Positions 28,266 to 38,150 are shown, counted from the first letter of the stretch. The stretch is DNA of 64,000 nucleotides from an uncultured Desulfobulbaceae bacterium (GCA_945787325.1 CALZHP010000003.1:6070-70069); one strand, 5' to 3'. Notes: generated by a model from the letters alone, not told the origin. Made by a program: numbers and translations.

Positions 28266-28772
28266 TTATTTTGGTTTCAAAGTCGAAAAGGCCACGCTTA
28301 GATGTGCTGCTTTCTCTTTATCCATATTGTTCAGTATCTTGGCAGCAGATTTTTTTTTCATTCCAGAAAGTATTCCTGTTACAAGGTTATCTTCAAGATC
28401 CGAGAGTATTGTAGCGGCTTTGACCGAGTCCATTTTCTCGTACATCTTGCTGAGATCTCTCACTCTTTGTTCTTCTTCTGTATCTTTTTGCGACAGAAGA
28501 TTTTTCACTTCTACCCTCAGTGCTTTAAGCTCGTTTAACTTATTATCGACTTCATCCTGCAAACTCTTTAGCTCCAACTCCCTTTGATCAAGAAGTATAT
28601 TGCGTTCTTCGAGTTTGGCCTGTTGTTCTTTGAGAGAAACAATGATGCGCCTCTCTTCTACTGAGCCGATGTGACCATCTTTCTTAACAGTTTCACTGTT
28701 TGCCAAATGAGAGTGAAAAAATATTGCTAAAAGAAAGAACATAATTGGGATGGCAGTCTGTTTGATTTTCAT
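28266..28772 (-). CDS. Flagellar operon protein with MgtE-intracellular-N-like domain (B. subtilis YlxF position)
   Basis: It has a signal/TM helix, a coiled coil, and then ...MDSVKAATILSDLEDNLVTGILSGMKKKSAAKILNNMDKEKAAHL. It lies between fliJ and fliK, as ylxF does. Confidence 0.6.
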   Translation of the reverse strand: MKIKQTAIPIMFFLLAIFFHSHLANSETVKKDGHIGSVEERRIIVSLKEQQAKLEERNILLDQRELELKSLQDEVDNKLNELKALRVEVKNLLSQKDTEEEQRVRDLSKMYEKMDSVKAATILSDLEDNLVTGILSGMKKKSAAKILNNMDKEKAAHLSVAFSTLKPK

Positions 28773-28774
28773 AG

Positions 28775-29206
28775 TTACCTCTTGTGAATCCGGAGAGCGA
28801 CTTCATCTGTTGCAATGGTTTCTTTTTTACGGTATTGCTGTTCCTGGTCAGTGATATGCTTTTCTTTAAGTGTATCAAGAACTTTTTTGTCTTTGCTTGC
28901 TTCGTATAGAGTTTGACGCCGTTTCTCAATCTCTTGACGTGTTTTTTCAAGTTCTTCTTTCAATAGAGAAATGTGGTCAGATTTGTGAGAAAGCCGGTTT
29001 TCATAAATAGAAAGCTCATGGGGAGTGATGCCTATTTTCTGTCTTTCTTCCAAGTCATCATAAAGTTGATCGAGTTCGCTGAGTTCAGAATTAATTGCGA
29101 ATAGGATTTCTTTTTCTAAGCTGATAACTGTAGAAAGCTCCTGATGAGCTATATTTTTCAAGAGTTTTCGATAATCGAGAACAGATTGCAGCTTAAAAGG
29201 CTTCAT
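28775..29206 (-). CDS. fliJ: Flagellar export chaperone/stalk protein FliJ
   Basis: A 143-aa coiled-coil protein starting MKPFKLQSVLDYR, directly after fliI. Confidence 0.75.
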   Translation of the reverse strand: MKPFKLQSVLDYRKLLKNIAHQELSTVISLEKEILFAINSELSELDQLYDDLEERQKIGITPHELSIYENRLSHKSDHISLLKEELEKTRQEIEKRRQTLYEASKDKKVLDTLKEKHITDQEQQYRKKETIATDEVALRIHKR

Positions 29207-29255
29207 ACTTTTCTCTTTTGTTTTCTGTTGACCTGTACATTCATTGTCTTAGGGC

Positions 29256-30587
29256 TTATGTATCCCGTGATGATTTTCTGCGGTCGAGTAGTAGTTTATC
29301 CATGGCAGACATTGTTGTAGCAAGGTCTGCTTCTTCATCCATCTCCTGTCGCAGGAAACTGTTTACGGCATCTATTCGCGTAAGAGCGTAATCTATTTTT
29401 GGGTTACTGCCGGCAGAATAGGCACCAATATTGACAAGGTCTTCAGCCTCACGGTAAGTGGCAATTACCTCTCTGAGCTGACCGCTTATTTTATTATGTT
29501 CAGGTGACACGATATCGCGCATGACCCTGCTTGTTGAATTGAGGATGTCAATTGACGGGTAATGGTTTTTGGCAGCCAGGTCTCTGGAAAGAGCGATATG
29601 GCCATCTAGAATTGATCGTACGGCATCAGCAATTGGCTCGTTCATATCATCACCTTCTACCAGGACAGTATAGAGGCCAGTAATACTTCCGGCACCCTTA
29701 AAACTGCCAGCACGCTCGAGGAGTTTTGGCAGAGCTGCAAATACGGATGGCGTGTAGCCTTTTGTTGTTGGAGGCTCCCCGATTGCAAGACCGACTTCAC
29801 GCATGGCCATGGCAAAACGGGTGATGGAATCCATCATGAACAGGACTTCTTTGCCCTGTGAGCAGAAATATTCTGCGATGGTTGTTGCTACAAAAGCACC
29901 ACGCATTCGCAACAGGGGAGAGCGGTCTGAAGATGCAACCAGAACAACAGAGCGCTCCAAGCCCTCAGGTCCTAGATCTCTTTCGATAAACTCTCTTACC
30001 TCTCGGCCACGCTCACCAATCAGAGCTATGACATTTACATCAGCCCGAGTATGTTTCGCCATCATTCCAAGCAAAACACTTTTACCAACACCTGAGCCTG
30101 CCATGATTCCCATTCGTTGTCCGGAACCACTGGTAAGCAGTCCATTGATTGCCCGGACTCCGAGATCAAGGGGAGTACTAATTTTTTTCCGTTGCATGGG
30201 ACCAGGAGGAAGAGCATAGATAGGCATTTCTTTTTCCGGCAATATTGCGGGGCCGTCATCAATAGGATTTTCCATCGCATCAATGACTCTTCCTAACAGA
30301 TTATCCCCGACTCCGACAGTAGCACTGCTTTGGCATACTTTTATCAGGCTGCCCGGCCCAAGGCCGCGTAGTTCTCCAAGGGGCATTAACAAAGCGCGGT
30401 TTTCCCGAAAACCAACAACTTCAGCATGTACAACAGAACTGCCGTCAAGTGGGGTCAGTTCGCAAAGTGTACCGACAGATGCCTCAGGACAGTAACCTTC
30501 CACAACAAGGCCAACAATTTTGGTAACTTTACCGCGGACTCGGATCGTATTAAGACCCTTGATGGATTCAGCTAGCTGCTCCATCAT
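29256..30587 (-). CDS. fliI: Flagellum-specific ATPase FliI
   Basis: Walker A GSGVGKS, Walker B ...VLFMMDSITR, and an F1-beta-like layout. Confidence 0.96.
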   Translation of the reverse strand: MMEQLAESIKGLNTIRVRGKVTKIVGLVVEGYCPEASVGTLCELTPLDGSSVVHAEVVGFRENRALLMPLGELRGLGPGSLIKVCQSSATVGVGDNLLGRVIDAMENPIDDGPAILPEKEMPIYALPPGPMQRKKISTPLDLGVRAINGLLTSGSGQRMGIMAGSGVGKSVLLGMMAKHTRADVNVIALIGERGREVREFIERDLGPEGLERSVVLVASSDRSPLLRMRGAFVATTIAEYFCSQGKEVLFMMDSITRFAMAMREVGLAIGEPPTTKGYTPSVFAALPKLLERAGSFKGAGSITGLYTVLVEGDDMNEPIADAVRSILDGHIALSRDLAAKNHYPSIDILNSTSRVMRDIVSPEHNKISGQLREVIATYREAEDLVNIGAYSAGSNPKIDYALTRIDAVNSFLRQEMDEEADLATTMSAMDKLLLDRRKSSRDT

Positions 30588-31273
30588 TCATTTTCCATGG
30601 ATTTCTGCAGATGGTTGTATAACTTTTCCAGCTGAGACTCAATTGTGGCATCTACCTGGCCAAGAGAAGATTCTACCAGGCAGCCACCTTTTGCAACGCT
30701 GGGGTCTGGTTCAACAGTTATATTTTTCAAACCACTGATACTTGTCAAAAACAGGGGTTTCTTATCATTGACTGTTGCGAGATCATCAGGGTTAATCTTG
30801 ATGTGATACTCGTCGGTTTTAATTGCCGCCCGTAAGGCCTTGCTCAGAGTTTCAAGAATGATGTCATCATCCAAGGATGTTTCCTTATGGATAATCTGAC
30901 GGCTGATTGCCATAACAAGGCGCAACATGTCCTGGCTGCTGTTATTGATAATTGATTCACGCAATCCGCTAACTTCACTCAAAAGGTCTGCTAAAGCGTT
31001 GCTTGTGTCCCCAAATCGTGCTTCAGCCTCTTTGATGCCTGCCTGCTTTCCCTGTTCGAAGGCTTGTTTTTTTAAATCTTCCAGCGCCATTGTTGTAGTG
31101 CCCCCGACAGATGTTTCTGAATCGCTTGTATTTGGCGAAAACTCACCTGAAGAGGAGTTGTTGGAAGAATGGAATACTTTTTCAGCAAGTGTGTTTGGAC
31201 CGTTGAAGACGTTGGAAAGTAACCTCAGCGGTTTAAAGTCATTATTTCCTTTATAAACCTTAGACCAAGACAT
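30584..31273 (-). CDS. fliH: Flagellar export protein FliH
   Basis: The FliH/YscL-type C-terminal region reads ...LRLVMAISRQIIHKE...IKINPDDLATV...GGCLVESSLGQVDATIESQLEKL. Start taken at MSWSKV (31273); it overlaps fliI by 4 bp. Confidence 0.8.
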   Translation of the reverse strand: MSWSKVYKGNNDFKPLRLLSNVFNGPNTLAEKVFHSSNNSSSGEFSPNTSDSETSVGGTTTMALEDLKKQAFEQGKQAGIKEAEARFGDTSNALADLLSEVSGLRESIINNSSQDMLRLVMAISRQIIHKETSLDDDIILETLSKALRAAIKTDEYHIKINPDDLATVNDKKPLFLTSISGLKNITVEPDPSVAKGGCLVESSLGQVDATIESQLEKLYNHLQKSMENE

Positions 31274-32267
31274 CGCGTCCTCCTCTTCCTGGCAGGACAA
31301 GTGTCCCTTCATCTTCAAGTCTTAAGGCTATTTTTACAATCTCCTGCTGCACCGCTTCAACTTCTGAAAGACGGGTTGGCCCCATAACATCCAGGTCTTC
31401 CTGGATCATGTCTGCGGCACGTTGCGAGATATTGTTGAATATCTTGGTTTTTAATTCATCCGAGGCAGTTTTTAGTGCCAATGTTAAGGAATCGGTGTTG
31501 ACTTCTTTTAGAATCGTCTGCATCGAGGAGTTATCTACAGTAGTCAGATCCTCGAAGGTAAACATTTTCTTTCTAATTGCTTCTGCCATTTCCTGATCTG
31601 TTTCTTCCATCCTAATAAGGATGTTACGGTCAACGCCCTTATCCATGCGGCTCAGTATTTCAACAACTTTATCTATACCACCAACCTTCTGCTGTTCCTT
31701 ATTTACTACAACACCAATTTCACGCTGTAGAGCATCCTCGATCTGGTTGATGACTTCGGGTGATACTTTGTCGATCTTTGCAATCCTGTACATTACGTCG
31801 GCTTTCAGTTCCTCCGGAAGATGAGAAAGAATTCGGCCGGTATGTTCTGATTTTTGGGTAGAAAGAATAAGTGCTAATGTTTGTGGATGTTCGCTCTCGA
31901 GTAGGCTTGCAACCATCCTCGGCTGCATCATGGATATTGTTTCCAGAGAGCTTGATTCTGTACCGGAAATGACCTGGTCCATGAGCGCCTCAACTCGTTG
32001 TCGGTCCCCAGAAGCCGCAAGAGCTTTTCTAACAAATTCAGTGCCTTTCACAAATATTCCGTTGGAATCCTGCAGGTTTTTTGTGAAGGATGATAAGGCC
32101 TCATTTGCTACGTCAGCAGGAATATGGTCAATGGCCATCATGTTCCTGCTGATCATACGGACTTCACTGTCTGAAAGTTCCTCAAACACCTTTGCGGAGG
32201 CTTCTTCACCAAGACAAAGTAAGAATACAGCAGCTTTTTCCGGACCTGAGAGCTTAGAAAATTGCAT
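31260..32267 (-). CDS. fliG: Rotor/switch protein FliG
   Basis: ...LSGPEKAAVFLLCLGEEASAKVFEEL... and the C-terminal torque helix region ...ISQRAADMIQEDLDVMGPTRLSEVEAVQQEIV. Confidence 0.94.
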   Translation of the reverse strand: MQFSKLSGPEKAAVFLLCLGEEASAKVFEELSDSEVRMISRNMMAIDHIPADVANEALSSFTKNLQDSNGIFVKGTEFVRKALAASGDRQRVEALMDQVISGTESSSLETISMMQPRMVASLLESEHPQTLALILSTQKSEHTGRILSHLPEELKADVMYRIAKIDKVSPEVINQIEDALQREIGVVVNKEQQKVGGIDKVVEILSRMDKGVDRNILIRMEETDQEMAEAIRKKMFTFEDLTTVDNSSMQTILKEVNTDSLTLALKTASDELKTKIFNNISQRAADMIQEDLDVMGPTRLSEVEAVQQEIVKIALRLEDEGTLVLPGRGGRDVLV

Positions 32268-32281
32268 AGTTGCTGAATCCT

Positions 32282-33841
32282 TTATTCGTTATTGAGCCAG
32301 GATTTAATAACCTGAGTCGGAGGGGTTTCCGACCTGAGAATCTGGTCCCTGAGTAATAGAGTAGGATCTTTTGGCGCCAAGAGCTGCTCACTGGCATGAA
32401 GCTCGGCTTCAAGCTCTTGAACGGTTTGATATCCACTGCCGGTTGATCCGCCCTGCATGCTCCTGATTATGGGTTTTACCATCAGAATGTAGAGTAGGAT
32501 TCCAGCCAGTCCTAGAAGACCATATTTAATAAATGGCATGTATTCATAAATCTTATCTGATGGTGTTGGTTCGCTTATCGCCTGATCGAAAAATGAGTTT
32601 TCAAAAGGCATAGATACAACGGAGATCTGGTCACCCCGACTCATGTCAAGACCCAGTGCACTTGTGATCATGTCTTGAATTGCCTGGATTTCCTTTTTAT
32701 CTCGTGGAACGTGTGTAGGTTCTTTTCCTTCTGCACCAGGGACTACATTGTCAGCAATAAGGACTGCTACGGAAAGACTTTTCACTGTTCCGACAGGCGC
32801 TATTACCCTGTTGACAATTTTGCTGATTTCATAGTTTATCGTTTCGGAAGATCTGCTTGAAGTAGTGCCACCGGTTGATTGTGCGACATTATTTCCATTT
32901 AGGTTGGACTGTACACCAGGAATTCCACCACCACCGAAGCCTCCATCATCAGATTTTTCCTCAGTAACCTGTTCGCTTCGGGGAACGGAACCGTTTGGAT
33001 CAAACCGCTCTTCAGTCTTTTCTACTTGTGAAAAGTCAATCTGTGCGGTTACCTGTGCGAGTGAATTGCTGGCACCCAATGCTCTGTCGAGGAGGGACTG
33101 GGCCCTTTTTTCAAGCCGCTGTTCAATTGTCTGTTGGTAGTCCAGCATGCCTGCTGTCATTTGGCCGCTGGAATTATCACCAACTGCTTTTGAAAGCACT
33201 CTGCCGTTTGAGTCAACAATTGCGATATTCTCGACCTCCAGACCTTCAATGCTGCCAGCCACGAGATGGATAATACCCTGAATCTGGTTCTCTCTTAAGT
33301 TGCGGCCTGCCGCCAATTTTACAATAATGGATGCTGTAGCTTCTTTCTGTTGTTCTCTGAAGAGTCTTTTCTCAGGAATGGCCAATAGCACCCTGGCACC
33401 TTCGACAGGAGAAAGGGAAACTATTGTCCTGGATAATTCCCCCTGCAATGCTCTCTGATAATTGACTTTTTGCGCAAAATCAGTCATGCCAAAATTTTGT
33501 TTGTCAAAAATCTCAAAACCAACTGAGCCCCCCCGCGGCATTCCGGCCCCGGCAAGTTCAAGCCTCGTTTCATATACTTTATCTGCCGGAATCTGAATCG
33601 CTTTACCCCCGTCTTTGAGCTGATAAGGAATTTTTCGGTCTTTAAGCCAGGTCATTACCGACGAGGCATCTGTTTCCGAAAGATTTGCAAAAAGGAGCCT
33701 GTAATCAGCTACACGGGCCTGCATAATCATGATGACAAATATTGATAATGATAACAGTGTAACAACAATCAAGCTGATTTTACGGGATAAAGGCAAGCTG
33801 TTAACTGTATTTAGTAGTGAGTTGCCAGTTGCTTCAGCCAT
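32282..33841 (-). CDS. fliF: MS-ring protein FliF
   Basis: At 519 aa, it has an N-terminal TM helix and ...LFANLSETDASSVMTWLKDRKIPYQL... It also has the RBM domains and a C-terminal TM helix. Confidence 0.94.
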   Translation of the reverse strand: MAEATGNSLLNTVNSLPLSRKISLIVVTLLSLSIFVIMIMQARVADYRLLFANLSETDASSVMTWLKDRKIPYQLKDGGKAIQIPADKVYETRLELAGAGMPRGGSVGFEIFDKQNFGMTDFAQKVNYQRALQGELSRTIVSLSPVEGARVLLAIPEKRLFREQQKEATASIIVKLAAGRNLRENQIQGIIHLVAGSIEGLEVENIAIVDSNGRVLSKAVGDNSSGQMTAGMLDYQQTIEQRLEKRAQSLLDRALGASNSLAQVTAQIDFSQVEKTEERFDPNGSVPRSEQVTEEKSDDGGFGGGGIPGVQSNLNGNNVAQSTGGTTSSRSSETINYEISKIVNRVIAPVGTVKSLSVAVLIADNVVPGAEGKEPTHVPRDKKEIQAIQDMITSALGLDMSRGDQISVVSMPFENSFFDQAISEPTPSDKIYEYMPFIKYGLLGLAGILLYILMVKPIIRSMQGGSTGSGYQTVQELEAELHASEQLLAPKDPTLLLRDQILRSETPPTQVIKSWLNNE

Positions 33842-33918
33842 TGAAGAAAAACCTCCGGATTAGAGTGTATTAAGTTGTGTGACTAGTTTATGAAATCGTG
33901 TAAACGTCATAGTCCCGG

Positions 33919-34212
33919 TTACACACTCATTCTCATTATTTCTTTGTAAGCATCCACAATTTTATTACGCATCTGCACAAGTAGGCGCATGGAGATATCC
34001 GCTTTTTCCATAGCAATCATCACTTCATGAAGATTTTTTGATTCGCCTGTATTGAGCTTTTGGGCCGCATTGTCTGCTTTAACCTGCATTTTGTTTGTTT
34101 CATCGATAACGTTTTTCAGCGTCTCGGTAAAACCTTCCGCGGTCTTTTCTGTTTTACCGGCTTGTTGTCCGGCCATGGATTGCAGATGGTTAACAAGTGT
34201 AATATCTTTCAT
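33919..34212 (-). CDS. fliE: Hook-basal body complex protein FliE
   Basis: ...LHEVMIAMEKADISMRLLVQMRNKIVDAYKEIMRM is the FliE C-terminus. Confidence 0.85.
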   Translation of the reverse strand: MKDITLVNHLQSMAGQQAGKTEKTAEGFTETLKNVIDETNKMQVKADNAAQKLNTGESKNLHEVMIAMEKADISMRLLVQMRNKIVDAYKEIMRMSV

Positions 34213-34219
34213 GATTCAC

Positions 34220-34654
34220 CTACCTCCCTATTTCCAAGGCTTTTAGGGCCATTCTTTTGGCAGATTTAATAGTAGTTACATTAGCCTCATAAGCTCTTGT
34301 GGCAGCCATCAGGTCCGCCATTTCCTCCAGGAGATTGATGTTTGGCAGAGCAACATACCCTTTCTCATCAGCATCAGGGTGAGAAGGATCGTATATTGTC
34401 TTGGGTGGTGAATTGCTGGTAATGATTCTGGAAACTTCCACACCTTTTGCTGCACCTTTCATGCTTTGGTTCAGGTGTTTTTCAAAAGGCGGGTTATCAA
34501 CCGGCTTAAACACAACAGATTTTTTTCTGTAAGGTCCGCCATTAGGTGTACGGGTTGTTTCAATATTTGCCAGGTTAGAACTTATTGTGTTCAGCCTTAT
34601 CTGCTGGGCTTTTAGAGCTGATGAGCTTATTTTCAGTGTCTGGAAAATATCCAT
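34220..34654 (-). CDS. flgC: Proximal rod protein FlgC
   Basis: MDIFQTLKISSSALKAQQIRLNTISSNLANIETTRTPNGGPYRKK... and ...VALPNINLLEEMADLMAATRAYEANV. Confidence 0.93.
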   Translation of the reverse strand: MDIFQTLKISSSALKAQQIRLNTISSNLANIETTRTPNGGPYRKKSVVFKPVDNPPFEKHLNQSMKGAAKGVEVSRIITSNSPPKTIYDPSHPDADEKGYVALPNINLLEEMADLMAATRAYEANVTTIKSAKRMALKALEIGR

Positions 34655-34688
34655 AATTTACCTCCGATAAAATTTCTTAAGCATGCTC

Positions 34689-35105
34689 TTAGCGCCCATC
34701 CTGGGCAACATATTTCAAGAGTCCCAGTTTTTTTTTGAGCATCTGGGTTGTTGCTTCATAAAGTAATTGGTTTTCAGCAAGGGCAACCATTTCCTGGTCA
34801 ACACTCACTCCATTTCGATCACCAATACCGGTCTTGTCTGGAGTTCGTATTATTGTTCCCTGCACAGACTCTACCCCTCCACCTCCAATGTTAATGTGGG
34901 CAGGGTGTGTGGTTGTTGGTTTATTTTCTTTATTATTGACTGCACGTTGGAGTTTCTGCTCAAACTCCAGACGGGCAGGTGCATATCCGGGAGTGTCGGC
35001 GTTGGCAATGTTTGATGCAATAGTCTGCTGGTTCTGGAGTCTGAGGTCCAACACCTTCTGCAGCAGAGTCAGGGAGTTATCAAATAGATTGGCTTTTGGC
35101 ATCAT
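34689..35105 (-). CDS. flgB: Proximal rod protein FlgB
   Basis: ...LDLRLQNQQTIASNIANADTPGYAPARLEFE... and ...DQEMVALAENQLLYEATTQMLKKKL. Confidence 0.9.
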   Translation of the reverse strand: MMPKANLFDNSLTLLQKVLDLRLQNQQTIASNIANADTPGYAPARLEFEQKLQRAVNNKENKPTTTHPAHINIGGGGVESVQGTIIRTPDKTGIGDRNGVSVDQEMVALAENQLLYEATTQMLKKKLGLLKYVAQDGR

Positions 35106-35143
35106 CAGTACCTTTACATATTATATTCATTTACCCTGTTAAG

Positions 35144-37582
35144 TTATGGTACTTTCAGGGCAAGGGTTTCGACGGCCATTTTTTGCCAGAGAGTACTCTT
35201 AGCTTCATCGACAAGGCGTTGTAAAAGTTTAAGACCATCGTTGGATCTGTCAGTTGCAAAATAAATCTGAGCGTTTCGAAAAGTTGCCTGGTCAGAATAG
35301 TCATCCATCTTTTCGAGATGTTCGTAAAGTTTCTGCGCTTTTTTATTGTCTCCTTTACGGAAAAGTGCCTCCGCAAGCAGCATAATGTGTTCAGGTTTTG
35401 CTTCATCGAAACTGTTGCCGACAACTTTACTGAGATGTCTTTCTACTTCATCATACCTGGCAAGATCCCAGAATATTTGGCCGGCTATGAGATCAAGTTC
35501 GGTACTTTCAGGTCTGTCCTTCGAACTGAGAATTTTTGCAGCTTCTTCGAGTTGGCCTGTTTCTATTTTTCCTTTTATAGACAGCGAGAAGAGATCTATA
35601 CTGCTTGGGCCTTCTGGAAATTTGTTGAAATATAGTTCAGTATATTCTTCTACCAGTCTGTGATCACCCTTGGCATAAAGAGCCTCTACTAAAGGTAAAT
35701 ATATTTTTTCTTCATCAGAATTATCTTTGCTTACATCGAGCAGGTAAAGATATACTCTTGCGGCCCGGTTCCATAACCAGAGCCCTGCAAAGGCAAGTCC
35801 AAGGTCTGTGAGAAAGTTGCCGTTTATCCTGCCGCTAAGAAGCAGGTTTCTATTCTGTTCAGCAAGCACCAAGGCATTTATATAATCATTGTTGTCTGTT
35901 AATTTTTTTATGGCAACGGGCAGAATTTCTACTTGCAGTGCCTCTGCTTGGCTATGGAGTGTGCCGTTACTGTAGTCACGCAAGAAATTGTTTAATAGTT
36001 CAACACTTTTGACTTTCTCACCCTGGAGGTGAAGTGCAATTACCTGTTTAAGGGCACCTTCTTCGCGAAGTTCCCTGGAGGGTGCATAGGAAGCTATTTT
36101 CGCATAGTCAATAATGAGTTCAGGAGCATCTTCTCCCAGGAGGATGGCCAGATCACTTAATTTCATTCTGGCGCGATAAGATGCATCTGATTTTGGGAAA
36201 TCAGATATAATATTTTTAAATATATCTATAGCTTGATCTTTTTGCCCCACCTTCAGCCAGTTTACAGCTGCAGCATAAGTTGCAAGGCCTTTTTCGTGCT
36301 GTTTAGAAGCCTGTTTTGCAATTTTTTTATAACGTGTATACGCTTCACCGTACTCTCCCTGCCGGTGGAATAATTCGGCAAGATTGGCAAATGAATATGG
36401 GTGATATTTTAGAACGGTAGAACTTTCGCTTATCTCTTTATAAATTGCCGTAGCATCGTCGAATCTTCCGATGGCAAAACAGGTATCAGCTTGACGCATT
36501 TGTTTTAATATACCGGCCATACCACCGCCGGTGTAAGAATTGCGTGATAATATCTGCTGGGCCTTTTCATACTGGCTGTTTGTCAAAGCTATTTCAGCTT
36601 CTAGAATGTCATAATATGGTGAAAGAGGATCGTTGGTTGTGCTGTCTTGTTTAATCGACAGACGGTATTGAGCGCCATATGAATCACCCGAAGATGCCAG
36701 CGCAATTGATGTAAGATACGTGGCACATCTTCTCACATCCAATACAGGATTGGTCAAGAACAATTCTGTAAATAAAGAAAGCGCTTCACTTAACTCTCCT
36801 TTTCGTATAAGTACTTCTCCGTAGGTAAGCTGAAGATATACTTTTTCAGTGGCAACAGATGAATATTCGACAGCTTTTTGCAGCGTTGAACTGATATTGT
36901 CCCAATTTGTATTATTGGAATATTGACCGACAGATGAAAGGTCATTTTCACCCCAATTTTCAATAATTGTGGCATTGATATCATCCTTTACACTGGGTTT
37001 GAAAAGGGCAATAACAGGAAAAGGTGGAAGTGTATGCTTAAGTGAAACAGGTATGGTAACTGGAGTTTCGTACTTTTCTATAAAAGCTATCCAATTTCCT
37101 GTGTATTCAGAAGTTACAGCTCGCTGAAGAATTGGGGTTCCGGGAATTTTGGAAATACTCCGGGGAAGGTTGTTAGTAATGGCAGGACGCATTTTAGACG
37201 TTTTTTTGTCCCAAAGTATATCCAGAACAAGTTGATCTTCTGATTCATTTAAGGAACTTTCGACCTGCAGCGGTGGTCTGTGAAAGAAAAATGATAGTAC
37301 TGTTTCAGAATCCTTTTCACTCCATTCAGTTTTTATTATAGTACTATCCGATGAAAGGCCCTTAAAAGCATTATCAACAGAACTCATGTGTATAAACAGG
37401 TCTATACGTTGGCCCGATGTTTTTATCTGGTACTTTGGAAGGCCGCTAAACTGAAGAGTTATGCGTGAAGTTTCCTGCCCTTCCTTTTTTTTCACATGCG
37501 TTAACTTGGTTTTTTCCGCAGCAAAGGTGCCCGTTGCGAAAAAAAACGTTATGATAAGAAGACAGAATATTTTTCGAGTCAT
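35144..37582 (-). CDS. Secreted AMIN-like beta-domain plus long TPR-repeat protein, first gene of the flgB operon
   Basis: Signal peptide MTRKIFCLLIITFFFATGTFA|AE. The N-terminal region ...ETSRITLQFSGLPKYQIKTSGQRIDLFIHMSSV... resembles an AMIN domain. After that, about 550 aa carry repeated A/Y/L-patterned TPR-like helices (…GEYGEAYTRYKKIAKQ…, …GDNKKAQKLYEHL…). It is 38 bp from flgB on the same strand. The track ORF extends to 37636. Confidence 0.8.
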   Translation of the reverse strand: MTRKIFCLLIITFFFATGTFAAEKTKLTHVKKKEGQETSRITLQFSGLPKYQIKTSGQRIDLFIHMSSVDNAFKGLSSDSTIIKTEWSEKDSETVLSFFFHRPPLQVESSLNESEDQLVLDILWDKKTSKMRPAITNNLPRSISKIPGTPILQRAVTSEYTGNWIAFIEKYETPVTIPVSLKHTLPPFPVIALFKPSVKDDINATIIENWGENDLSSVGQYSNNTNWDNISSTLQKAVEYSSVATEKVYLQLTYGEVLIRKGELSEALSLFTELFLTNPVLDVRRCATYLTSIALASSGDSYGAQYRLSIKQDSTTNDPLSPYYDILEAEIALTNSQYEKAQQILSRNSYTGGGMAGILKQMRQADTCFAIGRFDDATAIYKEISESSTVLKYHPYSFANLAELFHRQGEYGEAYTRYKKIAKQASKQHEKGLATYAAAVNWLKVGQKDQAIDIFKNIISDFPKSDASYRARMKLSDLAILLGEDAPELIIDYAKIASYAPSRELREEGALKQVIALHLQGEKVKSVELLNNFLRDYSNGTLHSQAEALQVEILPVAIKKLTDNNDYINALVLAEQNRNLLLSGRINGNFLTDLGLAFAGLWLWNRAARVYLYLLDVSKDNSDEEKIYLPLVEALYAKGDHRLVEEYTELYFNKFPEGPSSIDLFSLSIKGKIETGQLEEAAKILSSKDRPESTELDLIAGQIFWDLARYDEVERHLSKVVGNSFDEAKPEHIMLLAEALFRKGDNKKAQKLYEHLEKMDDYSDQATFRNAQIYFATDRSNDGLKLLQRLVDEAKSTLWQKMAVETLALKVP

Positions 37583-38084
37583 AGAATTTCCCTTCAAAAA
37601 TTTGTTTCGACTGGAAAACAGCAAAATGTGTTCCATTCTGACCTGCTATTTTCTTTATTCTAATGATTACAGATATATAGGTTTTTTGCAGATTGAATCT
37701 GTGTATGGATTTGCTCGTTAGGTTATTAAAGGAGCTATGAAGGGTCATTTTTTTGACAATTAATTCGATGAACTTGAAACATTCACTTGGGCCAGGGAAA
37801 AGAGACAGAACGAGATTCCAGAAATACACAAAGCAGATTAATGAGTTGATTACTTCTCAATGGTCATATTTTATAAATGTTACTTTAATAATATCGGGGA
37901 GATATGTTCACGAATGTCGACTGAGTGATTGTTGCCTTGATGTCATAAATACGAAGCCGAAACTATTAATGTAATGTAATGAAATGAACTTAATGAAGAT
38001 GTTACTCATTAACGGCATAAAAATTGTATAAGTGCTCTTGTGGTGTAACAATTAGAATGTATAGTGTTGAGTGGATTTTTTCTG

Positions 38085-38112
38085 TAAAGATCAGTATTCC
38101 TTTGGCCGATAT
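38085..38112 (+). promoter_or_regulatory. Sigma-28-type promoter for the che operon
   Basis: TAAA-gatcagtattcctttg-GCCGATAT with 16-nt spacing, 38 nt upstream of the cheA ATG (SD GAGG). Confidence 0.6.
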
Positions 38113-38150
38113 ATAAAAATGATTCTGGAACAAAATCCATCGAGGTAGAT

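Noticed and set aside
37637-38084. Small ORFs in the 514-bp divergent intergenic region (73 aa plus at 37753-37974; 127 aa minus at 37446-37829), and a run of TAATG-like repeats at about 37965-38000
   Set aside because: The ORFs lack ATG/SD contexts (one has a TTG start, and one largely overlaps the TPR gene's 5' end) and have no motif. The TAATG run looks like AT-rich low complexity rather than a defined repeat array. The region most likely just holds the two divergent promoters. I could not identify the promoter of the TPR-flgB operon.
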